The notes under the pieces are model-generated. The model was not told where the DNA came from and did not search any database. It was given only the letters and a program-made list of their open reading frames with translations. Positions 37,938-52,634 of a DNA stretch of 64,000 bases are shown here, piece after piece; position 1 is the stretch's first letter, and the number at the start of each line of letters is the position of its first letter. The stretch covers positions 19,344,001-19,408,000 of the forward strand of contig CM120640.1 of the NCBI GenBank assembly GCA_051362555.1, given 5' to 3'. Source of the stretch: Lingula anatina. Taxonomy: Eukaryota; Animalia; Brachiopoda. Position numbers and translations under genes: made by a program.

Positions 37938-40900
37938 ATGTCTTCCACTATCAGTAAAGAGTTTGTTGATAAGAAGCTGTCCACTCTCCCCATAGTCCCC
38001 TCAGAGTGGGATGTTGGAAGGGGGCATTACTACCAGCTTGACCTACGCATGTGCCAGATACAGCGGATCAAGTGGGGATTTAATTGGGGAGATGAGAGGT
38101 ATAAATAGTTGAATACATACACTATCGGTTACAGGGGAAATGTGTCATATTTAAATAAGAAATGAAAGATACATGCATTTATATATAAAATGGCTCACAA
38201 CATGGGAAGGGAAAGGTGCATTGTACTAGTAGGTGTATTTCTTTATTTTTGTGAAAAAAAATGTTGAAGTTGAAAATTGCAGTCAATTACTTAATTGCAT
38301 GTTTTTTTCATGAACAATAGATCAATTCAATCTATCTACCTACAAGACATCCTTTTCATTTTTTTTTAAATTTATTTTGAGAACCAATTAACACAAGTCA
38401 ATTCTCCAACCACTGTAATCAACTTTACGGGTGAATCATGGGGGGAAATATCAAGGTTTTGGTGATTTAATTGGTAGTTTATACTGAATTAACCCATTTT
38501 AGATGTAGGACCAAGGTTTTACCCATCTGATGGATTTTTACTTCTATTTGTATGGACTTGCCCAATATTTTGTCATATCACATTTTGATTAATCTTGAAA
38601 AAATAACAATTTTGAGGATTTGGTTATATATGGCCATGGATAGACAATCTGTATAACACTAAATTTTGTGACTATACAAAAATCAATATTTATGTCCTGG
38701 GTTATGTCCTGTAGATGGAGTTTGACTTCATTGTTAGACTTAGACTTAAATCATTTTTATTATATATGTAAGTGTAAACATATCATTCCTTCAGCAAACC
38801 ACTTCCAAGGATAGCTACTATCACTGAGCAACCCTCCAGAATCCTCAAAGCAGATTTTTCTTTGAATGAGCTGCAAAATCTTGATTATGAAGCATTATAC
38901 CCACTGAAACACCTGCGAGTATTGGATGCATCACTAAATAGGATTCAGAGGTATTTGTACATTCCAACATACATTTGTACAATGTACATACTTTTGTTTT
39001 ATTATGATTGAACTTTTTCTCCGTTTCTCATTTTCAATACACACTTCAGGTTAAATGCAGTGTGATTAAAGAAAAACATATAAAGTTATCAACCTGGTTA
39101 AAAAGAATTCTAATCAAAACTCTCTCAGTAATCAGAACATGTTTAATTTGTGCTTACTATTTTTGAGAAAATGAGATACATGTAGAAAAGTTTGGTAGTC
39201 AGCAATTGTGTTAGAGGAGAAACACATTTAGAATCTGTTAAATCTACTTTCATCATGTATGGACAAAAACATGACAGAATGGGCTTCTTTACAAATGTCA
39301 TAAAAGCATACTTTACCCCTGGAAAGTTTTGTTTACAGAACACAAATCTTGTCAGAGAATGACACACACTCAACAATCACTAAAGCTGCCAAACACTGTA
39401 TCAACAAATACTTATTCTTCTATCGTACATAATTTTTTTCATTATTATTTTTTTTTTTAGATTTGAATCCATAGAGGTGCTATCTCATCTACAGACACTG
39501 AATCTTTCTCACAACTTTATCAAGCGTTTGGATGGCCTTGAAAGAAGCTACAACCTGATTGAGTTGAACCTGGGCATGAATGAGATAGAGGATATTTCCA
39601 TGATGCCCACCTTGACCAATCTGACTGTATTATATCTTAATAATAATAAGGTAAAGACATGGGGGATATTTAATTCTTTTTAATAATAAGGTAAAGACAA
39701 TGTGGACCCTTTATTAATTTATTTTTATTTTCTGAAAAAAAATGCTTATTCTTACAAAATATGCATTCTCATCTAAAAACAACTGTGGTAAGATGAAATT
39801 TAGATTTAACATCAATTTATATTCCCAGATGCCAAACTTAGCAATGGCATGGTATAATTCAAATATCCATGTCAGATCTTATAGCTATCAATTCTTGATC
39901 TTACTTCTAGTGATATATGCCAAAATTACAACCATGATAAAAATTATCTTTTATGACCCTATGCGGTATCATGTATATAATCAGATTTAATGGGCAATGG
40001 AGTTCCATTCATACTTTACATATTTATGGCTGCTTCAAATATGCAGATGTGCCATTATGCTACAGTACCCATGGCTGCATCATGTAAACTACTGGTACCA
40101 GTATGGCATTGACACTGTAGGTGTTATTGTTCTATGGGTGATGAATTGGATAAGAGTCTTGAAGGTGGCCAAATTCATCAGATTCTTATCTTCTTATTGC
40201 TGTATCTTCCCGTGTATACATATAAAACAATGAATGAGTGGGTATTCTTAAAAATCTGTTTTGTTTATTAACTCACTGTTCTGTTCATTAACTTATAAAC
40301 TTCATGTTGTTTTGCAGAAGTTTCCAAGTCCATGAAGAGCAATACACAAATATCTGTCTTTAATTAATATGCATACTGGTACTAAACATTACAAGTATGA
40401 CTTACAAATACATCCTTGATTATAACTCACAATGTAAATTCCTATTAATGTTAGGACTGTTTTAATTCATAGTTTGGTTACATTTCCTTTAAACATTTTG
40501 TTTCTTACCTATACCTAACATATCATGATTTATTAGTCATTAAATTGAAATTCATTTCAAATTGCCATTTAATGATGGATAAAACATGACAATAAAATTA
40601 TATTATACTAATTTAATCAGCACCTATTTGAATGACAAACAAAGTGGACTTGCATTACATGATATGTTAAAAATGTTTTATTAGATCTCTTTGTTATTTA
40701 ATGTAATAACTTTATTTTGATTCTATTTTGATAAAAACTAATATATAATTGAGTGAAATATATAATGACAATGTAAAAATGGGGATATTATTTAAATGAT
40801 GAATATAGTGAATAGTGTCATTTGAATCCCTTTGAAGAAAGCCATAAGGTATGGCCTTGCTTTCTGTCATTTTACAAATTTACTTAATGACAGGTTTCAT

Positions 40901-43900
40901 GTTTTACCACCAGAGCATTAAATGGAAACCAGAGATGATACAATCTCTTTCCAAACTGGCAACGTGTCTCTCCCGTTTAACAATCGCATTGGAAAAACTT
41001 AAATAACATGAACTTTTGTAGCAACTGTAACAAAGATAGTGCACCCAGTGCCCACTATAACAAGGCCACAGATTGCAGGTTACTCCTGCCCCACCCTATA
41101 CTTTTATATAATGGAATCTGTGCATGCTACACCTCTATGGCATCTTCTCTGTAATCAACCCCGAGACTGACACTGTTGTCTTCTGTTCTTATGGGCGACA
41201 CATTGCCATTCAGTGATCTGGGAGCAGCAACTGGTTTAGTTATTATATTGTTGGTTAAATGTGTTGTTGAATTGGTCATTTCTTGTTCCATTTTACCATG
41301 AGTCATGTCAGTCTGTTCTCGAATGTCATTACCATTGTCTTTGTCTTGATAGTTTGCATTGCTAAGCCCATTTAGGGTTAAGTGTGTACTGTTGTCTATC
41401 TGAGTATTTCCATTGCTGTTAATGCCATTTACATCTCCAGAATTGTCCAGGTTGTTACCAACCTGTAACTGAGAGAAGCTCTCATCAAGATCAAGGCTTA
41501 GACTAAGGGAGGAAAGTGAGCTGTATCTGTCACTTTCTTTATCACTTAGTTTGCCTGACGGTGTGCCAACACCAAGGGAGTCTTTTTCAACCACCGGTGA
41601 TCCAGTCAGACTAGACTCAGGAGTCTCTGATTCTTCCTGACTGTCACTTTTTTCACTCCCACTAGGGGAATCATTCATGGATTTTCTGTCATCTTGTAAT
41701 GTCTGTGGATCTTTGTCATTGTCATATTTTGTATTGTCACTGTCGCTGTTGCTGAGGATGTCTGTTGCGGGTTCAAGTTCAGTGGTGACGTTTTGAGGTT
41801 GAGCATCTGCGTGGACATGGGTGTCATAAGGTTTGTCTAGGTTGTTAACACTGACATCTGTTGTTTCAGTTTCAGCATTAAACAAATTATTCTCCACATC
41901 AGCTGCTGTGCTGCTTTTGTCACTCTCTGCATCATGATCATAATTATTGCCATGTGCTTGATCATTGTCACTAACATAATAATTGTCATTGACAATAGCA
42001 TGGCCTGGTATGTTGTCACCACTACAGTATGTATCAAATGAGTGATCACTGTGTACATCGTCATCATCTGTGAAATCATCATCAACAGTAACGTCAACAT
42101 TAGCAGCAACATACGAGCCCTCTCTTTGAACATAATCATTTTCTCTACGAACTCCATTGTCTGGGGTGTCTTCTGTGTAAGCCTCGTTACCCATGAATAC
42201 AGGGTGGGGTTTGTCTGGCAATATTTTATGCATTTTATCCCAGAAATCGGGATCAGTCCAACTTAGATACGTCTTGGTGGTTAGGTACAACTGGATACTT
42301 TTCTGTGTTTTCAGGGCCTCTTTACTAAGATGCCCCACCTTCACAATGACTAGACGGCGACTTTTGTCCTCTACAGATAAACTGTGAGTTAATTCAAACT
42401 CCACTGGAAACCACTCACTCTCCATAGCAGAATTACTTAACAATGCTATGGTGCAATAACTTTTACTGATTGCATTAGCGACATTTTCTGCAATTGGTTG
42501 GCCTGCTTCGGAATCTCGGTCTCGTATGAAAAGTCTGTAGCCATGTTTTTGCTCAAGCCGAGGAATGAAATGATCACGAATTATTGAATAATTGTTGTCA
42601 CAGTATGCTATGTAGGCATCATACTTATATGTCCTTTGTGCTGAGTTTGTCAGTATGTTTGCCTTCCACCACCCTCTGTTAATGATCCATACTTGGAGCT
42701 CTTTACGGCAGATATAAATCAAGAGAATCAGTATAGCAACTATTATCAGCAATACTAAAACCACTAGCAAAGTCACGTAGTCAAATGTCTTGATATATTT
42801 AAGAGCTTGAGGGACACAGGCCTCCTCAAAATCAAAATCTTTTATGTTGATTACTGTACCAGAACTATTGCTGCAGAATGCCTCCACAAATATTGTTCTG
42901 TCATTTTTCTCTTGTTGAAGCATCCAGTCTTTTATCCATCTCTGACTGCAGTCACACTTTATTGGGTTGCCTGTCAGATTAGCTGTGATCATATGAGGGG
43001 TGTGGTTGAAGAACCCCTCTGGGATGTGAGTAATTCCATTGCCTTCTAAGCTCAGATAACGCAGGTTGGGAACATGTTGTAAGCTTTCATTTTTGATTTC
43101 CGTAATGCTGTTGTCCTTCAGGGAAAGAATCCAGAGATTTGGCAGAGCAATATTGGGGAAACGTTCAAGCTGGTTTCGCTGAACTTCTAACACTGTAGTA
43201 TCATTGGGGAAATTTCTGGGCAGACTTGTTAAGAAACTGTCACTGCAGTTCGCAACGCGGAAGACCTGTCCCTTCATCTGATGCCAGTAACAGTTACATG
43301 AACTAAAGCAACTCTGATAGTTGATGCACCCAAGCTCTTTAGTATCAAATCCAGCTGCTAGAATATCTCGTCCTGCTGCAGGAGAGGAAGATGATATATT
43401 TCTGCAGTACACATTTTGTGTCTTGAGATAGCCAAATTTAAATATTGCATAGGTTGCCATGACACTCTCACATTTGGAACAATCCAGGTTGTCTCCATGG
43501 AGATATATCTCCAGGGTCTTGCTCTCCTCACCAGAGAGATATTTTAGAAAGTGCACATTTTTGAGAGGCAGGTGGAGTTTTTGTAGACTTACTATGGATA
43601 ATTGAACCAAATTGTGTGAGTCAAATGTAGTGAGTGGATTATCCCTCAAATCGAGATATTCTAAACTTTCCAACATTGTGATGTTTATAGGGACAGTCTG
43701 AAATATATTGTTGGCCAAGTTAAGATACCTGATATTTGGTGCGCTTCTGAACAGGTTAACTGGCAGTGCTTGTACACGGTTCCTTTTCAAATTCAGGATT
43801 GTTAATGTATTCAAGTTTATGGTACCACTAATTGTCAGTGTGTCAATATTATTGAAAGCAAGATTTAGTTCCTTGATTGGACTGCCTTGTAAAACTCCCA

Positions 43901-46900
43901 AGTCAGCTGTGTTTATGAGGTTATGGCTTAAATTGACATATTTCAGAGAAGGTGGACTTTTAAGTAGGTTTTCATCAAGTCCTCCCAGGTAGTTGTAACT
44001 TAAATCAATATATTCCAAAGCTGTTTTGTTCTGGTCAAAGATGGGCTTCATATTTGGCCTTTTGTTTATCCTTACAGAGTTATAACTGAGATCAAGATAT
44101 TCTAGGTTTGTAAGGGAGAGGAAGTCATGGTGCGTCATATCTTCATAACTCTGCTGGGTAAACTCAAGGTGTGTCAACGTTTTCATCCTTTTGACATATT
44201 CAGGCATGCGTATAAAGTCACCAACATGTAAGCGGAGGCGTTTTAAAAGATGTTTTGGCTGGTAGGAAGTACCTCCAAACTGCCATCTCCAAACCTTAGA
44301 TATTGTCAGGGAACTGAAATCCTTGGATGGTATGGAATTCAGATAAAAATTCACCACAGTCACTAGGTAATTATCAGCATTCCATATGGTCAAGTTTTGT
44401 ATGCTCTCCAGACATCCCAGTTTTAGGTTCATTTCTGGTAATCTGAGGACAACTTGTTTTACCCTGGTGAATGGTTTGAAGAGGTTGTTGCACAACTCCT
44501 GGTCCCCGTGTCCTGTGTTCACAGCTAGTTCTAATGTGTGAAGTTTTGGGAATTCCACATCTCCCCAGGGCCAAAAGGGAAAAGTTGTGGGATCTTTCAT
44601 GAAGGGTGGAATATAACGATACTGGAATCTGGGTAGGATGAATCTCATTTTTTCCAGAGCTGTCAAGCCAGCAAAAGTGCTGGGGTGAAATTTTGTTTGG
44701 ACTTGGCTGGTGTCATTTGCTTTGATTTCCAAAAATATCAGATTTGTCATTGTAACAAACAAATTGTTCCCGACATCATTCAAAGCACACAAACCTTGGG
44801 TCTTAATTCTGAGACTCTCCAGCTTCGTAAATTTTGCAAATTCTGAACTTGTCAGGTTCAAAAGGTACCTGACACTTGTGTCACATGTCACCTCCAAGCT
44901 TGTGACAGCTGACGCAGCATCTTCACTCATGAGCAACACCCCTGGGAACACATTGAAATAAGCACAGGATATTGAGGTGTCCACACACTGGCATTCTTTG
45001 GGACAGAGAAGGGCACTTTCAGTTGTCCCTGCACTATTTAGTACAATAGTGATAATAATAATCATAGGTGAAAGGCTAATCCAAGTCCACAAGGTTTTCA
45101 TGGTGCTAGGTATCCGGTTGAAAGTATTCCCAGCTATTATTTTCAACCTTGACAAGTAGTGTTGTGGCTGTCAGATGACAGTGGGTGTTTTAGCCAAGTC
45201 TATAAATCCTCTCTATACCTCAAGATATTTGCGGTAAGAAATCCCTTAATAGGAATTTAAATAAGTTGTTGAAGAAAATGTGTACCTTGACGAGTCTCTG
45301 TCTTGAGTTTAGGTTCAGTTTATGTTTTAACTAGTACTCCAAAGCAATGTCTTGTTTCTTTCAATGTAAAGGTAATCCATGATAATGGCTAAAGTGCTTG
45401 CCCTCCAATATAAAAAGTAAAGGCTATTGTACCAGCAGGTGATGTAAACTGTTGCCAGGGTACAGCTTAATGTCCTAGCAGTCTCCCTTGGTACTCAGAT
45501 TTCTCCCACTGAGAGGTCCACTGTAGTTTATATCCAAGTGTGTTGTAATCAACTGGCTCACTTAGCATGTCCCCTCAGGTGTAACTTAACTGTGTCTTCA
45601 AAGCTAGTTTATATAATCCCTTGTGTATTGGACAATTATTCTCTTGTCGCATGCTTATTTTCACCTGTCAGTCTTGGCTGATGTCCTGAGGCATCAGTTT
45701 CAGAAATCATACCCCCTTCCTCTCCTTTAAATGCTGTATTATAACACAGGTAGTTGAAACTGTTGCAGGTCACCTGTGTTTGTGTTGTTAGTCACTTATG
45801 CTGTGTTTTCCTGTTTTGTAGGACCCTTTATCTTCCTTAATTGTCCATTCAGTAGTCTTAAATATGTATATTTACAGGAATTAAAACACCACACTTAAAT
45901 TATTGTGATCCCTTTGTAATCCCATTAAGTCTTTTCTTTCCTTTTCATGGCATGAGGCTTTAATAATTAGTGATACATGTCATGAAGGCTGGGTCAAGAT
46001 GAATATCAGTGTTGCTGAAAAATGACTGTTGTTACTTAACCCCTTACTGCCTTTGTCCACTCACTGGCCCACAATGTCCACTCTGTCTGACACCTTTCAT
46101 TAAAGATCTCCGGTTCGTGAATAATTTTCCTAGCCAGCATACATTATCTTCCCTTCAACAAATGCCTGCTTGAGTCACAGCTGGTGGACTAGATACAGAG
46201 AAAAGACATTAAGCCGTCTTATCATGGATGAGACATCATGGTCATTGAAGCTGGCTTCAGTTTTGATATGTTTTTTCGATATACATCTAAAGAGCTAAAG
46301 AGCTTGATGAAATTCAGACATTTTTTTGTATGATCATCTCCAAAATGCTGTTCTGATAGTTTGATATACAAATGACAAGAGAGCCGGGGACTTGTTTTCT
46401 TTTTGCCAATGTCATTTGCACAGTTTTGCAGATATAGCTGTTGAGTTTGTAACCAGAAGAATGTACTATTAAAATTTAGCTACAATTTTCTTGGTGCAAA
46501 TTGGAAATGTAACACAAGGCATGCATTTAAGTTTGTCCCCAGCAAGTTTAATGACATCTCTCAAGTAATGAAGGTGTCATATATAGATGCCTCAGCTGAT
46601 AAGAAGTCCTTTCTGTGCCTCGAAGCAGATTTATATATTAGATCTCATTGTCTGCTGTGAAGAAATTCAAATGTCCACATACACAGAGATTACAGCAGCT
46701 TGATGACACTGGATTTTTTCTATTCCTGTCGTCTGGTATGCATATGTTTTGGATATCTGAAACCAAAGAAAAGACATACATTTTACCTTTATATTGAAAT
46801 TTAAATTTACTTTATCCTTGATATTCAAGTTATTAAAGGCAAATTTAATATTTCAATTGATGTCAATATCTTTGAAACATCTTATCTTAAAGAAGGCGCC

Positions 46901-49900
46901 TTTCTTTATTTCCTTGTCACGAAATGGTGTCAAAATTCACATTTGTGTTTTCCCTATAGAATGTAAATTAATCCCAATAATTTATACAAGAGAAATACCT
47001 TCAGTGTTTTAATTCTGTTTATTTACTAAAATCCTTTTATAAACATATCTGACTTAAATGAGAGTTTACAAATGTCATAAAGTGAGCTGTAAATGATAAC
47101 AAGGTCTTTAAAAAAAGTAGTTTGTAAAGTCTGAGATTCAAGACAAGTTGTGTTCACCTTGAACCTTACAAAAAGTTCATATTTCTACTGCATATGACAT
47201 GACAGCATGAATAATGTGGAGAAAATATAAACAGGTTTAAGTTGTGTTTTCAGGCAAGTCAGGAAAACCTATTTCTATTTTCTCCACATTATTCATGTCT
47301 TTAAAAGGTAGGCAAAAAAAAAGTAAAAAAAGTAGCATATTTCAGACATGTGGTTGGATAGTGACTGCTGCAGAAAGCAGCCAGTAAAAGGGATAAAATG
47401 TCTTTGTAAAAACAAATTTGCTAAATAATTGTTCATGTCTTGACAGTGAATTATGTTTCTCAACTCATTTTTACATATTAGGTGATTTTGAATGGTCAAG
47501 TAGGAACAAATGGACTAGTGGTCATTTTTGTCAGAAGACTATTACAGGCTGAGTTTTATTGTTTATCTAGCATCATTAGGACAATAAAAGTCAAATTAAA
47601 GAATACACTATCCCATTGTTCAGATATCTGCTTCAGTGGCAAATTGAACATTGCGTGTACATGTATGTTTATAGTGACTCGCTAGCAACATGAAATATGG
47701 TGATACCCTTATAGTGTAACAGTGCTTTACTTGTGAGTTGCTTTTTAATGGGCTCTAGATATCTCATGTTTAGGCCTATTTTAGAAAGATGTACTTCATA
47801 AGATATTCAATTTTATTTTAAAGAAATAAATCAAATGATATAAAGAAATTAAGTTCAACATATTTAAAAGACTGAAGTTTATCCATTATAATAAATTGGT
47901 ATTTTAATTACCATATATTAACATTAATAACTATCCTGTAAGTGAAGTAATTGAAAATAAGAAATGAATATTGAGGGGTTTTGTTAATTAGCTACAGTGA
48001 CTAAGGAATGCTATAAAAGAGATGAATTATTTAATTATTTTTATTGAACATCCAGTTGAGAATGCATTGGGGCTGTAAGTTGTGTATAGCAACAGTGTGC
48101 TGCTGAAGTGCCTTTGTTCTTAATGACTTTGAACTCTCCTTAGAGACCTTGTGTTAATTAAGAAAAGTAATTAGGAATTGCTTTCAGTGAAGTTTATAGA
48201 CTTAGGTACAGTGATATATTGTGTAATGTATTGATATTCTGTCAGTTTTAAATGCAGAAGAGGTTTACTAGGATGAATAATAGTTGAAGTGGATTGGAAT
48301 GGCATTTTTTGCTAGAGTACTCTTGCTTTAATGTTTAATGTAAGGTACGATTTAAACTTCTCTTTTTTTTATTATTAATTTTGATGGTGCGACCACTAAT
48401 TTATTGTGGTCTATGTCAATTGCAGCCTTAATACATAATCTGGAATTTTGGTGTTTTTTATTTTCTGTTTTTTATATTTATTTATTTGACAGATGAAATG
48501 TACTTCATTGAAAATGCCTTATTTAAGTCATATTGTGACTATAAAAAACAGAACTATCTTAAATATTGAACAAATATGGTCCCCTATTCTTCTTACTAAC
48601 TTTTGAAGCATCATGAATATATGTAAGTACCAAAGGCTGTGCATATACAGTGTGCCAATAGACTATTTTATTGAACAATTTCTCCAAATTACAGTTTGTT
48701 ACAAGGTCTTATTTTCAGTTAAGGAACTTTGTCCATTAATCAGCTTCATATCTTTATCATCAAATTTGGACTTTTGGGGGTATTGATAATAGTCTATAAA
48801 ATAGTTAATATTTGATTGTTGCTGATTTGTTCCTTTTTTTAATTTCTGAAGGTTTGTTTAAAGTTCACTGAAAGATTCTTATATGCAGGGATCCAAGATA
48901 GATCTTGGATACTAGTTCTGTGCATTGGGTTCCATGCCAGTACTAAGAGTACACTGTACAAACGTTATCTAATATAACATTAAATCAAAATGTAAATGTT
49001 TTTAGCCAACCAGGAAAACTACTAAAACAGCTAATCAAGGTAACGCTAGTTAAAAAGAGTAAAATGATATCACAATACCTTTTCCAAATGATCATTTTGT
49101 GTTCTCTGTTCTCTGTGCCACTAAAACCTTTTCACCTGTGATACAGTCATGCCAGCTGTTATCTCCTACTGTCTATGTACATGTATGCAATAAGTCTTTC
49201 ATCAGTCTTGCATGTGACAGCAGACTGAGCATACCGTAGAACTTAGCACTGCCCATTTATTATCCAGTAATCTGTATGCATGGCTGCCTCTGACTCGTGC
49301 CCCTGATTAAATCAAGAAAATATTAAAGTTTATTTTTACTGTGATAGCATGTGGTCTGATCTGTGTAATTTATATATTTTGGTAGTAAAGTGTATTTTTC
49401 AATCTAGTAATGAGGATAAATATTTTGATTAGTACCTTAAAAGAAATGTGGCATGTGGGCATGAATTTATATATATATTTGTAGACTCGTTGTTTTACCT
49501 TTGTGATGAAATTGTCTTGTGGTAATTTTAATGGTGAATATAACATCTTGAAAATAACATATACCTTTAAATTGGTTATTTTTTCATCAAATGTATTTCT
49601 TCACTGGCTTAAATCATAAGTATGTGTGTGTTGCAAGAACATTTGCAAAAAGCAGTAGCCTGAATTCTTATAAAGATGTATACATGTATCTCAAAAAGCA
49701 CCTCATTTGTATTCATGGTGAAGCTACATTTGCACAGTGTCACTTTGATTTTAATTCTCATTTTCTGGGACTGTGTTATTTCTGTCACCAAGGTAGAAAT
49801 CAGATTACTATTGTTACTATTATATTGAATTAATAGCCTCAACAAAATCATTCTCTTACATAATATGGTGAAAGAAATCTAAAATGCAGATTGCAGCAGA

Positions 49901-50251
49901 TGTACATTTATTACTTTTTGCAAATCAGATATCTTTTTTGTTGATTTATCAGACAATGTATTATGTTAAAAGCTGATTTAAAAAGTGGACCTGGAGATTC
50001 AGACTCAACAAATGGCAAAACATTTGTGTGTGATCTTCCAGACAAATAATCATCAGTTGTAGACTAATATGTTAGAGTAAGAGCACATATTCCCCTGGTT
50101 TTAATACTGCAATTTGTATGTCTGTCTCTCTGTGGTATAGTATATGTTGCATGTGTGACTCGTGTAATTTGATTTTCATAGAGGCATGCTTAAAGTATAA
50201 TTATGTTTTTCATATTTAGTATCTCATGTATTGATATTATTGTATTTGAAA

Positions 50252-50296
<45 letters not shown>

Positions 50297-50858
50297 AACA
50301 AACAAAAAAAAAAAAGACATATGATACAGAATAAGATTCAGTTGAATTAAATTTCTGAATCCACAAAGTTCGCAAGGTTTTGGATGTACAGTTTACAGAT
50401 ATTTCTACATCAGCTAAAAGCGACTGAAAGTTGAGATGTTTCAAGTTATAAATTAATTTTCAAATAATTCATACCTTTAATGAGAAATAGAAAATGAAAA
50501 CAATGTTATAATTGATTTCTTTTCAGCTCAAGTCTTTGGATGGAGTACAAGGCTTGGCTAGGCTAAGAGAGCTATATGTACAGAGGAATCAAATTGTAAG
50601 ACATAGTTCTTGTCATGGTGGTGTATTCTGTAATTCCTATCTGGTTTCTTAATGAAAGTAAATGTTTATGATATGATTGTGATTTGATAGTAAATTTAGT
50701 TGTTTTTTTTCTGCATATTGATCCTTAAGTAAAAGGTTCTTTTAAAAATGTTAAATGCATTTATGTGAGGCACTAATAGTAAGATTTTTATTAGTATTAT
50801 AATTTTATTTTCAATTTATTACTACTGTTGTTTTTTATATTTTTATTATTATTAATAT

Positions 50859-50901
<43 letters not shown>

Positions 50902-52594
50902 TTTTGAGAAAGTTATTTAACCGTCTTCTGCTTGGAGTGAGTCTAAAAGGTTAAAGTTTTGATCTCATGCTTGAAACATTGTTGTCACTATATCATGTAA
51001 ATATTTCCTAATGTTGTTATAAATCTGAATGAGGAAAGCTTTTCCCTTTTCAGGTTGATCTTGTTCCATTGTTGAGCTCCAGAAACCTGATAATCCTGAA
51101 TGCTGCAGACAACCATATCTCTGCCCTGCAGACCACAGGGGAGGTGCTGAGACATCTGCACAAGTTACAGTCTATAACTTTACATGTAAGTCATGTACTG
51201 TATTTGAGAGCATTCAGATAAACCCTTCATACTAGCTGGATCCAACTCTAAGGGTGATTCTCCCTAAGTGCAGTCAGTGTCTGACACGCATCCTAGAGTT
51301 GCTGGCAGATAATTTTTAAGTAGTTTTAACTAGTTAAAACTAGATACTCAGGGAGACAGTTAAGCTGAGACCACTGAATGCACTTTATCCAAAATCCTCC
51401 GCATAATTGGATCGATCCAGCTGGTATGACGTTTGAATGTAAAGGCTGTCTATGCCTAGCTGTTACAGTAGTCAGCTTGGGGTGAACATATCTTTATGCA
51501 TATATACGATACTGCATGTCATGCAGTCTAGATATGAAGTCTGCCCTTGCAAGATGCCAGTTGTGATTTTACCAAGTCAGCATGCAAATATACCTCAGCT
51601 ATACTGATGGGTTGGTGCATCACTTAGATAATGCCCTATATATTTAATTTTATATGTGTTTACTACACCCTAATACATTTCTCATTTTACATAACTACAG
51701 TATACTGCTTATGGGCAGACACAATGTGACAAGGTATTCTTCTTAAAGATTTGTAGGACTAAAATGCTAGTTTGAATTCCAGCCTGATTGGATTGTTATT
51801 GTTTAAGTTATATAGTCATTTTTTGTGTGCATATATTCTTGTATTCCTTTCCTAAATTCCTTTGCCTATTGTAAAGTTCCATATTATGATGTTTCAGGGA
51901 AATCCAATTGAAAGGGAGAACCTGTATCAGGCTGCTATACTTGATGCCTCACAAGTCATGGTGCTGGACAATATCAGTGTCAGAAATCCACCCAGGATAG
52001 AGGTAATAGATTACAGTGTACATTTAAGAAAATACTGGACAGTCTCAGACAGTATGAGTTAGCTAATTTTCATTTTTAAAAGAACAATATGCCAGGTTTT
52101 ATCATATTTTAGTCATGTGACTAATATTTCAGTGGTAGCAAAAAAGTAAAAGCAAGAACTTAAACATGCTGTTTTTCGTGGAGGTGTGTTAGCTATGGAA
52201 AGTTCAGTGCCTCTAAAGTTTTGATCTTGTCATGTTGCTAATGCTGTGATATAATTGAGATAAATATTCATCTTTTACAGGCTGATGGTCCATACACAGA
52301 TAGTATGCAGGGTTTGAAGGGGGCAGCTACCCAGGCATTTCATGACCAAATCAAAGCAAAGAGACAGCAGATGGAGGAGAATGTGAGCTTTTTGCAGCAG
52401 AGGATAAAGTGAGGCTTTAAAACATTTTTGGACTTCGTTGTATTCTCATCGAACATGATTTAAACAGGAAGGAGACTGTTTGAGATCACTTACTGTTCTG
52501 ATAGATACTGGTATACTTGACATAATGTGGTTTCTGGCGAAGTCATTTGGTCTTTTCCATTAGGCCAGATATGAACATTGTATATTTCTAATAT

Positions 52595-52634
<40 letters not shown>

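Noticed and set aside
45102-45155. N-terminal extension of the TLR ORF from a TTG start
   Set aside because: Non-ATG start from the ORF caller. The ATG at 45101 directly precedes the signal peptide.
41837-45159. Short overlapping or antisense ORFs within the TLR (likewise within the TRIM and CAD exons)
   Set aside because: Shadow ORFs of real coding sequence with no independent motifs.
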